A stretch of 64,000 nucleotides of DNA from Octopus sinensis (GCF_006345805.1 NC_043014.1:37448001-37512000); one strand, 5' to 3'; shown: positions 12,338 through 23,628, counted from the first letter of the stretch. A program made the numbers and translations. The notes: generated by a model from the sequence alone, not told the origin.

Positions 12338-13704
12338 CAAGGTCTGTAAATAAAGTAATGACACTAGCCTCATAGCATTCAATCTGACAGCACTGCGAGG
12401 TTCCCCTTCATGGTGTTGCCACATCAGTGTCCCCTATAACTTCAGTTCGAGTAGAAACCATGTAGCATTAACAGGTGAACTGTGAGTGAATGTTTTGTTA
12501 TGGAACAAATCAGAGACCCTGCATGATCTGATTGCCAGTTAACCATCAGACTGATTGCAGAGAAGCTGAATTTGAAGCACACTACCATTCTTCAAGTTTT
12601 GATCAACAGATTGGGAATGAGGAAAATTTTTGAAAAATTTGTCCTCCAAAATCTTACACCTAAGCAAAAAGACTATAGGAAGGAAGTGTACTGTGGTTTT
12701 CTGGAATGGAATGAAAATTACTCAGATTTTCTCACATCAGTACAGGTAATGAATCATGGATTTTTGAATATGATCCAGAAATAAAATACCTAAGTCAGGA
12801 GTGGTACACTGCAAACTCATGTGGCTGAAAAAAAGCAAGAATGAGCAAATTGAAAATTAAAACTTTGCTCATTTGGGTTTTTTTAATATTTTTGACAGCT
12901 ATGGAGTTGTCCATAAAGAATTTGTTCTTCAACGACTGATAGTCAGTCAGCATTCTTACTATGAGGGTCTTGAAAGGCTGTGAAAATGGGTTGCTTGCAT
13001 GGTGCCAAACATCAAAAAAACCCACATTTCATTACTATGTGCCTTGTCACATGGCGCTTTTGATTACAGAGTTTTGGGCACAGATAAGTATCCCTGTTCT
13101 CCCTAAGCCCATGTATTTGCCTGACCTGAGTCTGTGAGATTTCTTTCTCTTGCCAATATTGAAAATTCACCTCTAAGGGCATAATTTTAGTATGTTGGGA
13201 AACAAGCAGCTTATGCCCATTCCAATTTCTGAGTTCCAGCATTGCTGTAGAGTTTAAATGGCATTTTGGGTATTGTGTGGTGTCCCAAGGGAACTGTTTT
13301 GAAGGAGACAGAGTTGATTTGTAGCTTAATTATAAATGAAAGGGCTTACTGAAAAAGTCTCATTATATTATTTACAAGTAGAGGCGCAATGGCCCAGTGG
13401 TTAGGGCAGCGGACTCGCAGTCAGAGGATCATGGTTTCAATTCCCAGACTGAGCATTGTGTGTGTTTATTGAACAAAAGCACCTAAAGCTCCACGAGGAT
13501 CCTGCAGGTGGTAGTGACCCCTGTTGTACTCTTTCACCCCAACTTTCTCTCACTTTTTTTTCCTGTTTCTTGAGTAACGCTGTGATGGACTGGTGTCCCA
13601 TCCAGCTGGGGGGAACACATATGCCACAGAAACCAGGAAACCGGGCCCGTGAGCCTGGCTAGGCTTGAAAAGAGCGCATAAAAAAAAAAAATTTACAAAC
13701 ATCG
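12338..13704 (+). mobile_element. mariner-like transposon relic
   Basis: TA|CAAGGTCTGTAAAT at the left and ATTTACAAACATCG|TA at the right. Decayed transposase motifs (FVLQNLTPKQKDYRKEV...FEYDPE-like). The right TIR is split by a SINE. Confidence 0.75.
13382..13690 (+). mobile_element. tRNA-derived SINE (family D) inside the mariner right TIR
   Basis: Head GGCGCAATGGCCCAGTGGTTAGG...GGTTTCAATTCCC, poly-A tail and ATTTACAA on both sides. The 3' half is shared with the SINE at ~51885-52125. Confidence 0.75.
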
Positions 13705-13859
13705 TATGGTATTATGTTTGTAAGTTATGCAACAGACAAAAAGGTAATCAGTTCATTAAATTATGTGTAACCGTTACAATAGAACAGAAAATAAACTCCA
13801 ATAAAATTATATGTATATAGTATATATATATATATGTGTGTATGTATGTATGTATATAA

Positions 13860-14314
13860 ATCATCATCATCATCATCATCATCATTTAACGTCCGCTTTC
13901 CATGCTAGCATGGGTTGGACAGTTCAACTGGGGTCTGGGGAGCCCGAAGGCTGCACCAGGCCAGTCAGATCTAGCAGTGTTTCTACAGCTGGATGCCCTT
14001 CCTAACGCCAACCACTCTGAGAGTGTAGTGGGTGATTTTATGTGCCACCGACACAGGTGCCAGACTAGGCTGGCGAACGGCCACGCTCGGATGGTGTTTT
14101 TTATGTGCCACCGACACAGGTGCCAGACGAGGCTGGCAGACGGCCACGCTCGGATGGTGTTTTTATGTGCCACCGACACAGGTGCCAGATGAGGCTGGCG
14201 AACGGCCACGATCGGATGGTGTTTGTTACGTGCCCACAGCATGGAGGCCAGTCGATGCGGTACTGGCTACGGCCACGTTCGGATGGTTTTCTTGTGTGCC
14301 ACCGGCACTGGTAC
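13860..14314 (-). mobile_element. RTE LINE 3' UTR with (GAT)n tail and ~58-bp internal subrepeats
   Basis: Matches the 3' UTR that follows the RTE ORF at 37681-37929. It continues on the far side of the LTR element at 18848. Confidence 0.8.
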
Positions 14315-14552
14315 TGTTGTTGTTATATATATGTAATGTATTGAGTATTAAAGGAAGTAGTGAGTACTTAGTATGAAAGATTAAGAAAATGAGAGAGACT
14401 GAAACAACGTGTTAACGATACAAGATACTTTATTCGACTGCCGTTGTTGTACAAGTGAATTGTTTTGGCGGGAAACAAAGTGAAAGTCCTTTTATCAAGG
14501 GAGACAATGGGTGACGTTGATTGTTCATGTTTGTTGTGATGATTATATAACA
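14315..14552 (-). repeat. 3' LTR
   Basis: Direct repeat of 18610-18847 with TG/CA termini. Confidence 0.97.
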
Positions 14553-14733
14553 TCTTCCTTTTTTTTTTTATTTTTTTTTTTATATCATCTGTATCTCCAG
14601 GGAATAATTATTCATCGTCCACTTTTTGTGGTTTTATTATTTTGTAGTGTTGACTTCTGTAGTTGTGCTGTTTTTGTTTTTTCATGCGTGTTTGTTGACT
14701 TTGGAAATATATTTTCATAATCTAATTCTTCTG

Positions 14734-15873
14734 TTATGCGAACGTGTTCGTTTGTTTTAAGAATATGTTGTCTATTTCGTTTGACTGTATTTCCTCCTCT
14801 GTTATTACTAAGTATGAACGAGGTTGCTCTAGTTTTTTTTTAATTATTTTGCCCCTTCTAAACCAATTGTTGTTAAACTTAATTCTAACCGTGTCGTGTG
14901 GTTTTAACTCTGGGAGTTCTGTTGTAATGTTTGATTTCTTCTTTTCGTGAGGCCTGATACCAATTTTGTCGTGTAATATGTTTGGGAGATTTGTTCGCAA
15001 TGTTCTATTCATTATTTGATTTGCAGGGGATGGTGCACCATTTTGTAATTTAGTCGTGCGTAATGCTAAGAGCGCTAACTGAGGTTCTTCGTCACTTTTG
15101 AATGCCTTTTTTAGCGTCTTTTTTATTGTCTGTATATTTCTCTCAACCATGCCATTCGCTTGATGATAATGCGGGCTTGTCTTCGTGTGATGAAAATGCA
15201 AATTTTTTGCAAATTTTTTGAATTCAGCCGAATTGAATTCTGGACCGTTGTCACTTACAACTGTTTGCGGAATTCCGAATTTAGCAAAAGTTTCTTTTAA
15301 TTTTTTGATTACGGTTTTTGACTGGCAATCATTTATTTCGTGTAGATCAAAAAATCTTGTTGTATAGTCAATAATTGGGACATACGAATTTCCAGACAGG
15401 TGAAATACATCTGTACCCACTTTGGTCCATGGTGTAGTAGGTATTTCATGATTTATTAGTGGTTCGGCTGCTTGTTGATTTTTGTAGTCAATGCAGTATG
15501 AGCATGTGTTAATCATGTCTTTGATTTGAGCGTTAATGCCGGGCCAGTATATACATTCCTTCGCTCTCTCTATGCATTTTTCGATACCCATGTGTCCGGT
15601 ATGTATTTCCTGTAGAGCTTCTCTACGTAATGACTTAGGTACAATTATTCTTGAACCTTTTAGAACAAGACCATTGACGATTGATATTTCATCACGAACG
15701 GATACGAATGGTTTGATGTTTATTGGTATTTTGTCTTTTGGGGGCCATTCTGTTCTTGTATATGTGACGAGTGTCTGTAGAGACGGGTCGTCTGCAGTGG
15801 CTTCTTTATACTCTTTTAACTTCGTGTCGGTTATGGGGTAATTTTTTATTACTGCATGAATGTGCGATTTCAT
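14734..15873 (-). CDS. Integrase portion of Gypsy pol
   Basis: HHCC motif (HTGHMGIEKC...CSYC) and DDE core (VGTDVF, SDNGPEF, NGMVER). Confidence 0.93.
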   Translation of the reverse strand: MKSHIHAVIKNYPITDTKLKEYKEATADDPSLQTLVTYTRTEWPPKDKIPINIKPFVSVRDEISIVNGLVLKGSRIIVPKSLRREALQEIHTGHMGIEKCIERAKECIYWPGINAQIKDMINTCSYCIDYKNQQAAEPLINHEIPTTPWTKVGTDVFHLSGNSYVPIIDYTTRFFDLHEINDCQSKTVIKKLKETFAKFGIPQTVVSDNGPEFNSAEFKKFAKNLHFHHTKTSPHYHQANGMVERNIQTIKKTLKKAFKSDEEPQLALLALRTTKLQNGAPSPANQIMNRTLRTNLPNILHDKIGIRPHEKKKSNITTELPELKPHDTVRIKFNNNWFRRGKIIKKKLEQPRSYLVITEEEIQSNEIDNIFLKQTNTFA

Positions 15874-15991
15874 ATCTTCGTCTGATACTTCTGGAGAGTA
15901 TTTTGCTCAAGGTATGCACGTGATAGGGTATCTGCAACAATTGATTCTTTACCAGGTATGTGGTTTAGGTCAAAATCATATCTTTGTAATG

Positions 15992-18229
15992 TTAGTAGAA
16001 ATCTTTGGATTCTGGGGGGGCATTTAGTGATCGATTTTTTAATATTTGCTTCAACGGTTTATGGTCATTTTCGATTCTGAAATGAGTTCCGTATATAAAC
16101 TGATGAAATTTCTTGCATGCGAAAACTATACTGAGAGCTTCGCTCTCTATCGGACAGTAGTTTTGTTCCGCTTGAGTTGTTGCACGAGATGCAAACGAAA
16201 CAGGTAGCCATCTTTCGTTGTGTTTCTGCTCAAGTATCGCTCCGAGCCCATGCTTACTAGCATCTGTAGTTATTTTTATTGGTAGATCTGGATCATAAAA
16301 TTGTAGCACTGGTTTTCTGGTAATCATTTCTTTTAGCTTTTTTATTGCTTTGATTTGTGGTTTGTCGAATGACCATAACGTGTCACTCTGTAGAAGCTGG
16401 CGCAATGGTGCTGTGACTTCGGAGTAATTAGATAAAAATTTACATAAGTAATTTGTCATACCTAGGAATCTTTGTAATTCTTTTTTACTTGTTGGCAGTG
16501 GCATGTGAATGATTGCTTGTACCTTGGTTGGATCTTGTTTTATCCCTTCGCTGGTTAATATATGCCCAAGGTACTTGATTTGTGATTCATAGAAGATACA
16601 CTTTGATTTATTTAACTTTAATCCGTGCTTTCGGATTCGATCGAAAACTTGTTGTAGTCTATTTGTGTGTTCTTCTAAAGTGTTGGACCAGATTATGATG
16701 TCATCCTGTGAATTTCTTGCTCCTTCTATGCCCTCTATTATTTTTGAAATTTCTTTTTGGAAAACTTCACTGGCGCTGTGAATTCCAAAGGGTAGTTGTG
16801 TGAAGCGATACCTTCCAAAAGGTGTGTTGAACGTTAAAAGATGGGAGCTTTCTTCGTCAACTGGAATTTGCCAGTATCCATTAGATGCATCGAGTTTTGA
16901 AAAATATTTAGGGTTATGCATTTGTGCAAAAATGTCCTCCGCTGTAGGGAGTTTGAAATGTTGCCTTTTTATGGCTTTGTTTAGATTCTTGGGGTCTAAA
17001 CAGAGTCGGAGTTTTCCGTTGGCTTTTTCAACGATGACTAGGGAATTTACCCAGTCTGTAGGTTCACTAACAGGTTTTATGATATCTAATTCTGTCATTC
17101 TTTTTAATTCTTTGATGAGTTTTTCTTTTATAGAAAAAGGAACTGATCTTGGTGGATGAATTACAGGAGTTATTTGTGGATCCACTGTGATATGATGTGT
17201 TATTGACAAAGTGCCGATTTCTCCGAAACAATCTTCATATTTTTCTAATATGTCGTTTGTGTTCGCCGAATTTATTTTTGAAATTCTCTGAATCAGGTTC
17301 AGATCTTTAGCTGTCTTTGCATCTATAACTGCGTGCGAGTTTGTTTTTGCAACAATGAATTTTATTTGCTTTGATAATTCTTTGTATTTAATGACTGCTG
17401 TGCATTTTCCTAGCACTTTTATAGCTGTGTTATTATAAGCTGATAATCGAGTTGAAGTTTTTTGCAGTTGTGGTTTTGGAATTATATTTCTATATTCTCT
17501 GAATGGCAGTACGGTTACGTCTGCTCCTGTATCTATTTTGAATGTTACATTCGAGTTGTTCACTTTTAGTTCGACCGTCCAAATGTCTTTTGGAGTCTTG
17601 AACTTTTCGATTTTGTGCACGCGGGAATTATTTGCAGTGATCATTTCGAGTGCATGTGTATCGTCATCTGATTCATCGTCGGTATGTATCTCTACTTTAT
17701 GTACAAATTTTCTTGATTTGCACATTTTTGCATAGTGTCCTTGTTTCTTGCATTTTTCACATGTCTTGTGAAATGCTGGGCATTTATTTCTTTTGTGATT
17801 ATAACCACAATAGTGACAGTTAGTGACGTAGTGTTGACTTGGCGCTTGAAACTTCGTGGGCTTTCTGTCACTTCCGCCTTGTTCGTTTTGATGACTGGAT
17901 TGCATATGGCGGGTTATTTGGGTTTTGGCGCCTTTTCTGTCGTGTTGACTATATACCCTCGAGATTTCGTTATCTCTTGTTTCGGATGTGGCATTTAGCA
18001 TCCTTGATTGGAGTCGTGTTTGCTCTGCACTCTGACCTGCATGAATTGTTTTTTGTAGGTCTAAATTTGGTTCTCTCAATAATCTTTCTCTTAATCTCAT
18101 GTCTCTGATTCCACATATCAGAATATCTTTGGTGAGACTGTCTGTGAGGTTGCCGAATTCGCACTGTTGTGCCTTTTGGCGCAACTCTACTACGTACTCA
18201 TCGAATTTTGATGTTCCGCTTGTCCACAT
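15992..18229 (-). CDS. Gag C-terminus, protease, reverse transcriptase and RNase H of Gypsy pol
   Basis: Zinc knuckles CHYCGYNH...C and CEKCKKQGHYAKMC, protease FKIDTGAD, RT LDASNGYWQ and QDDII, RNase H TDASKHGLGA...DHKPL. Confidence 0.95.
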   Translation of the reverse strand: MWTSGTSKFDEYVVELRQKAQQCEFGNLTDSLTKDILICGIRDMRLRERLLREPNLDLQKTIHAGQSAEQTRLQSRMLNATSETRDNEISRVYSQHDRKGAKTQITRHMQSSHQNEQGGSDRKPTKFQAPSQHYVTNCHYCGYNHKRNKCPAFHKTCEKCKKQGHYAKMCKSRKFVHKVEIHTDDESDDDTHALEMITANNSRVHKIEKFKTPKDIWTVELKVNNSNVTFKIDTGADVTVLPFREYRNIIPKPQLQKTSTRLSAYNNTAIKVLGKCTAVIKYKELSKQIKFIVAKTNSHAVIDAKTAKDLNLIQRISKINSANTNDILEKYEDCFGEIGTLSITHHITVDPQITPVIHPPRSVPFSIKEKLIKELKRMTELDIIKPVSEPTDWVNSLVIVEKANGKLRLCLDPKNLNKAIKRQHFKLPTAEDIFAQMHNPKYFSKLDASNGYWQIPVDEESSHLLTFNTPFGRYRFTQLPFGIHSASEVFQKEISKIIEGIEGARNSQDDIIIWSNTLEEHTNRLQQVFDRIRKHGLKLNKSKCIFYESQIKYLGHILTSEGIKQDPTKVQAIIHMPLPTSKKELQRFLGMTNYLCKFLSNYSEVTAPLRQLLQSDTLWSFDKPQIKAIKKLKEMITRKPVLQFYDPDLPIKITTDASKHGLGAILEQKHNERWLPVSFASRATTQAEQNYCPIESEALSIVFACKKFHQFIYGTHFRIENDHKPLKQILKNRSLNAPPESKDFY

Positions 18230-18555
18230 GTGAAGAATTTGTGTCTTAGGAAAGTTATGTTTTTCCTGGGTTCACAATATGCATCGAATTTTTCGATTAC
18301 TGTCTGAAGGTTCATTTCTTCGTCGGGTGAATCGAAATCCAGTGTGGAATGGATATCTCGGCCTTTAGAACCGATGCAAGTTAAAAACATTGAAGTTTTT
18401 ACTTTGTCTGGCTTCATGTCACTTTCTGTTGCTATCAAAAAGAGATTGAATTCTTTTTTCCACTTTTTCCATGCTGCGGCTAGATTTTCCTGATTAAAGT
18501 CTAGGTCTTTTGGATGCGGTAAATTTTCCATTTCGTCTTTGAAGTATGATTTCAA
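18190..18555 (-). CDS. Gag N-terminus of the Gypsy element
   Basis: AWKKWKKEFNLFLIA...FLTCIGSKGRDI...FDAYCEPRKNITFLRHKFF, a Mag-type gag start just downstream of the PBS. Confidence 0.9.
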   Translation of the reverse strand: MKSYFKDEMENLPHPKDLDFNQENLAAAWKKWKKEFNLFLIATESDMKPDKVKTSMFLTCIGSKGRDIHSTLDFDSPDEEMNLQTVIEKFDAYCEPRKNITFLRHKFFTCGQAEHQNSMST

Positions 18556-18609
18556 CTTCTTTTTTCCTTTGGTTTCTGTATTTTGGGTTCTTTTAGTATT
18601 CTGACACCA

Positions 18610-18847
18610 TGTTGTTGTTATATATATGTAATGTATTGAGTATTAAAGGAAGTAGTGAGTACTTAGTATGAAAGATTAAGAAAATGAGAGAGACTGAAAC
18701 AACGTGTTAACGATACAAGATACTTTATTCGACTGCCGTTGTTGTACAAGTTAATTGTTTTGGCGGGAAACAAAGTGAAAGTCCTTTTATCAAGGGAGAC
18801 AATGGGCGACGTTGATTGTTCATGTTTGTTGTGATGATTATATAACA
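18610..18847 (-). repeat. 5' LTR
   Basis: Direct repeat of 14315-14552, followed on the minus strand by the PBS. Confidence 0.97.
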
Positions 18848-20676
18848 GGTACCACAAAGATACAAATTCCATTGATGCTCATCTATTTTGATTTGTTTTG
18901 ATTTTCACTTGCCTCAACAGGTCTTCACAAGTGTCACAAGAAGGAAGGTATGCACAGGTGGACTGACTACGTCCCAGGTAGGGGCCACGGGTTATGGCCT
19001 GACTAGTCTTGCCGGGTCTTCGGATGGTGTTTTTATGTGCCACCGACACAGGTGCCAGATGAGGCTGGCGAATGGCCACGATCGGATGGTGTTTGTTACG
19101 ACCCACAGCACAGAGGCCAGTCGGTGCGGTACTTGCTACGGCCACGTTCAGATGGTTTTCTTGTGTGCCACCGGCACTGGTACCACAAAGATACAAATTC
19201 CATTGATGTTCATCTATTTTGATTTGTTTTGATTTTGATTTTCACTTGCCTCAACAGGTCTTCACAAGTGTCACAAGAAAGAAGGTATGCACAGGTGGAC
19301 TGACTACGTCCCAGGTAGGGGCCACGGGTTATGGCCTGACTAGTCTTGCCGGGTCTTCGGATGGTGTTTTTATGTGCCACCGACACAGGTGCCAGATGAG
19401 GCTGGCGAACGGCCACGATCGGATGGTGTTTGTTATGTGCCCACAGCATGGAGGCCAGTCGATGCGGTACTGGCTACGGCCACGTTCGGATGGTTTTCTT
19501 GTGTGCCACCGGCACTGGTACCACAAAGATACAAATTCCATTGATGTTCATCTATTTTGATTTGTTTTGATTTGATTTGATTTTCACTTGCCTCAACAGG
19601 TCTTCACAAGTGTCACAAGAAGGAATGTATGCACAGGTGGACTGACTATGTCCCAGGTAGGGGCCACGGGTTATGGCCTGACTAGTCTTGCCGGGTCTTC
19701 GGATGGTGTTTTTATGTGCCACTGACACATATGCCAGATGAGGCTGGCGGACGGCCACGATCGGATGGTGTTTGTTACGACCCACAGCACGGAGGCCAGT
19801 CGATGCGGTACTTGCTACGGCCACGTTCGGATGGTTTTCTTGTGTGCCACCGGCACTGGTACCACAAAGATACAAATTCCATTGATGTTCATCTATTTTG
19901 ATTTGTTTTGATTTTGATTTTCACTTGCCTCAACAGGTCTTCACAAGTGTCACAAGAAGGAAGGTATGCACAGGTGGACTGACTACGTCCCAGGTAGGGG
20001 CCACGGGTTATGGCCTGACTAGTCTTGCCGGGTCTTCGGATGGTGTTTTTATGTGCCACCGACACATATGCCAGATGAGGCTGGCAAACGGCCACGATCG
20101 GATGGTGTTTGTTACGACCCACAGCACGGAGGCCAGTCGATGCGGTACTTGCTACGGCCACGTTCGGATGGTTTTCTTGTGTGCCACCGGCACTGGTACC
20201 ACAAAGATACAAATTCCATTGATGTTCATCTATTTTGATTTGTTTTGATTTTGATTTTCACTTGCCTCAACAGGTCTTCACAAGTGTCACAAGAAGGAAG
20301 GTATGCACAGGTGGACTGACTACGTCCCAGGTAGGGGCCACGGGTTATGGCCTGACTAGTCTTGCCGGGTCTTCGGATGGTATTTTTATGTGCCACCGAC
20401 ACAAGTGCCAGATGAGGCTGGCGAACGGCCACGATCGGATGGTGTTTGTTATGTGCCCACAGCACGGAGGCCAGTCGATGCGGTACTGGCTACGGCCACG
20501 TTCGGATGGTTTTCTTGTGTGCCACCGGCACTGGTACCACAAAGATACAAATTCCATTGATGTTCATCTATTTTGATTTGTTTTGATTTGATTTGATTTT
20601 CACTTGCCTCAACAGGTCTTCACAAGTGTCACAAGAAGGAAGGTATGCGCAGGTGGACTGACTACGTCCCAGGTAG
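18848..20676 (-). repeat. Tandem array of ~331-341-bp units from the RTE ORF end and 3' UTR (5 full units plus 1 partial)
   Basis: Units start at GGTACC 18848, 19179, 19517, 19858, 20195 and 20533. Each contains AAG ACC CGG CAA GAC TAG (KTRQD*), resembling the RTE ORF end. Confidence 0.9.
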
Positions 20677-21017
20677 TGTATATATATATATTATATTAAA
20701 TTAGAGATATATATATATTATATTAAATTAGGCAAATTAAACAGTGAAAATCATAAGCCAATACATAGAAATAAAATTAATTTAAAAATATATAAAAAAT
20801 AAAAAATATAAAATATAAAAATCCAATTAAAATATTTAAATTAAAGTTAAAATTTTAAAAAATTATATAAATTAATAATTTAAACTTATAAATTATAAAT
20901 ATGTATATATTTTTATTATTATTTTATTTATTTTTTTTTATTTATATTTTTTATTTTTTTAAACTATCAAAAAGTATTCAAAGTTTAATATAAATATGTA
21001 TATAGTACATATATATA

Positions 21018-21420
21018 TAGGCACAGGAGTGGCTGTGTGGTAAGTAGCTTGCTAACCAACCACATGGTTCTGGGTTCAGCCCCACGGCGTGGCAACTTGG
21101 GCAAGTGTCTTCTGCTATAGCCCCAGCCGACCAATGCCTTGTGAGTGGATTTGGTAGACGGAAACTGAAAGAAGCCTGTCGTATATATGTGTATTTATAT
21201 AAGTTTGTGTGTATATGTTTGTGTTTGTCCCCCTAGCATTGCTTGACAACCGATGCTGGTGTGTTTACGTCCCCATCACTTAGCGGTTTGGCAAAAGAGA
21301 CCGATAGAATAAGTACTGGGCTTACAAAGAATAAGTCCCGGGGTCGATTTGCTCGACTAAAGGCGGTGCTCCAGCATGGCCGCAGTCAAATGACTGAAAC
21401 AAGTAAAAGAGTAAAAGAGA
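21018..21420 (+). mobile_element. SINE family A
   Basis: Near-identical to 984-1364. Confidence 0.85.
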
Positions 21421-21433
21421 GTATATATATATA

Positions 21434-21469
<36 letters not shown>

Positions 21470-21507
21470 TATATACATATATATATACATACATATATAT
21501 ACATTTA

Positions 21508-21828
21508 AAGACTCCGCCGGTTACGACGACGAGGGTCCCAGCTGATACGATCAACGGAACAGCTTGCTCGTGAAATTAACGTGCAAATGGCTGAGCATTC
21601 CACAGACACGTGTACCCTTAACGTAGTTCTCGGGGATAATCAGCGTGACACAGAGAGTGACAAGGCTGACCCTTTGAAATACAAGTACAACTCATTTTTG
21701 CCAGCTGAGTGGACTGGAGCAATGTGAAATAAAGTGTCTTGCTCAAGGACACAACGCGTCACCGGGAATCGAACTCACAACCTTACGATCATGAGCCGAA
21801 TGCCCTAACCACTAAGCCACGCGCCCTC
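21508..21828 (-). mobile_element. tRNA-derived SINE (distinct family, CpG-rich and young)
   Basis: Minus-strand head GGGCGCGTGGCTTAGTGGTTAGG...GAGTTCGATTCCCGG and core GTGTCCTTGAGCAAGACAC. Confidence 0.8.
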
Positions 21829-22499
21829 ACTATATATGTATATATATATATACATATATATATGCTATATACATACATATATACTATATACATATATACA
21901 CTATATACATTCATATACTGACACATTTTTTTCTCTCTCTTGCCCTAAGGCATTTTTCTAACGCCAGCTCAAAATTTATTTGTCCTGTCGAAAAGACGCT
22001 TGTCTGTGACGTCCTATTCTTGTTATTATTATTATTATTATTATTGTTTTTACGTATTTTTGTACACTTATTCGTTATTGTTTTTACGTATTTTTGTATT
22101 TTTATTTGTGTAACATCGTCCGGTTTTCCGTCCATGTTTTGTATACATTCGAGGCTTTCTTCCAAGGAATCTAATGCGCTTGGCTTAGATTTTCCTTTGG
22201 GGCCGGCCAGATCGGAGCAATCTCAAGATTAATCAGCCAAAATTACGAGGATGATCCGGTTCTTGACTGAAGATTGAAGGCTTCGAATGTCCCGTCCGTG
22301 TTTTTAGTATCGTCTCCTAAATGTTTTACATTCTTGTCCCAGTTTGTATTTTTTTACATTTACATATACATATATACATACATACATACACACACACATA
22401 TATATACTATATATATATATATGAGTGAATGGACAAACAAAAGAAAAGGGCACTCAACACATTTAGTAGGAGTTACAGGTATTATTTAAAACAGTTTGA

Positions 22500-23075
22500 T
22501 TTGGTTCTGTGCTTCTTAAAGATTTGCAGACCCTGGAATGACAGAAAAACTGTGGAGGGAACTTGTGGAAGAGGTAGACCTAGGAAGACATGGGATGAAG
22601 TGGTGAACCATGATCTTGGAATGTTTGGACAAGTGAGCCAGACCTTTAGCGATATGCTGTGCTTGAGAAGACCTATCATGTCAAGTGAAACCATAATCAT
22701 GGTTGATGGCAGTGTCACATAACAAGCACCCGTGCTGGTAGCACGTAAGAAACTCATTCTTCGAATGATGGGCGTCACGGAGGTGATAAGTAACTGAGAC
22801 ATTCAATGATATGCTGTGCTTGAGAAGATCTGTCAAGCCAAGTAAAATTGTAGTTGTGGCTGATCTCGGTGTCATGTAACTGGTACTCATGCCAGTGGCA
22901 CATAAAAAGCACCTATTACACTCTTGGAGTGGTTGGCATTAGGAAGGGCATCCTGTCGCAGTAATCATGCCAAATCAAACTGAAACCTGATACAGCTCTC
23001 CAGCTTACCAGTTTCATTCAAACTGTCTAAACCAAGCCAGCATGGAAAGCAGATACTAAATGGTGATGATGATAT
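22500..23075 (+). mobile_element. 5'-truncated RTE LINE 3' end
   Basis: VEGTCGRGRPRKTWDEVVNHDL followed by the 3' UTR subrepeats, the GGAGTGGTTGGCATTAGGAAGGGCATCC core and a (GAT)n tail. Confidence 0.8.
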
Positions 23076-23080
23076 CTATC

Positions 23081-23133
<53 letters not shown>

Positions 23134-23175
23134 ATCTTAAAATAAAATAAAGAAATACAAATCTTGTAAATACAG

Positions 23176-23351
23176 CTACCAAGGGCATTTTGGTCAAAAT
23201 AATGATGTATTCTGGCATTTATCAAGCTGAAAACAAGACTATTTTTCAGTTGTCTTTTGAGCAGATAATATTTAAACAAGAGATGCTTGTAAAGAAAGAA
23301 AACACAAGGGAGATAACCAATGTTACAAAATTTGATGTCAAGCAGACATAA
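23176..23351 (+). CDS. Candidate terminal exon of the unidentified plus-strand gene
   Basis: TAAATACAG|CT ACC... is open for 57 codons (TKGILVKIMMYSGIYQAENKTIFQLSFEQ...FDVKQT*) in unique sequence. Confidence 0.35.
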
Positions 23352-23628
23352 TCTAGATGTTAATAGTTTACTAAGTGTCCAGTGGTCTGTTTTTAAATTC
23401 AGACAAGATGTATTTCCTGAAATGCAGACATACTGAAAAAATCTCATTCCTCGAATTTATGCTTTTGTTGGAGTTTCTCAAAAGGTAGAGTTTTTTAAGA
23501 GGGCACACAACATTTTTTAGACCCATTAATATAGAGTTTGGATTTGGAGAGGATTTTCCATTTGATGTTGAAACTGGTCCCTTCGTCTTTAAGTTTCCAG
23601 ATTAAAGCTGAAAGGGTTGTTGAATGTC

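Larger units (their letters stand above)
14315..18847 (-). mobile_element. Young Ty3/Gypsy LTR retrotransposon (Mag-like), full length
   Basis: 238-bp TG...CA LTRs (14315-14552, 18610-18847) with 2 mismatches seen. TSD GGTAC (14310-14314, 18848-18852). PBS TGGTGTCAGAA next to the 5' LTR, complementary to a tRNA-Leu 3' end. Polypurine tract next to the 3' LTR. Domain order gag-PR-RT-RH-IN. Confidence 0.97.

Noticed and set aside
13382-13460. tRNA gene
   Set aside because: The tRNA-like head continues into a SINE body with a poly-A tail and TSD. The same applies to the heads at 984, 21828, 23629 and ~51885.
18190-18229. Programmed -1 ribosomal frameshift between gag and pol
   Set aside because: There is no in-frame X XXY YYZ slippery heptamer, the break falls within gag, and three more breaks of the same one-base homopolymer type occur downstream.
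18848-20676. CRISPR-like array, or repeated 79-116-aa ORFs as a gene cluster
   Set aside because: There are no unique spacers; whole units repeat. The ORFs are off-frame translations of an RTE 3' end.
20677-21017. Functional AT-rich element such as an origin or matrix attachment region
   Set aside because: This is almost pure A/T low-complexity sequence, indistinguishable from decayed microsatellite or poor-quality consensus.
21920-22370. Coding exon or classifiable transposon
   Set aside because: It is CpG-containing and repeat-like, but I could not find termini, a TSD or protein motifs to support a call.
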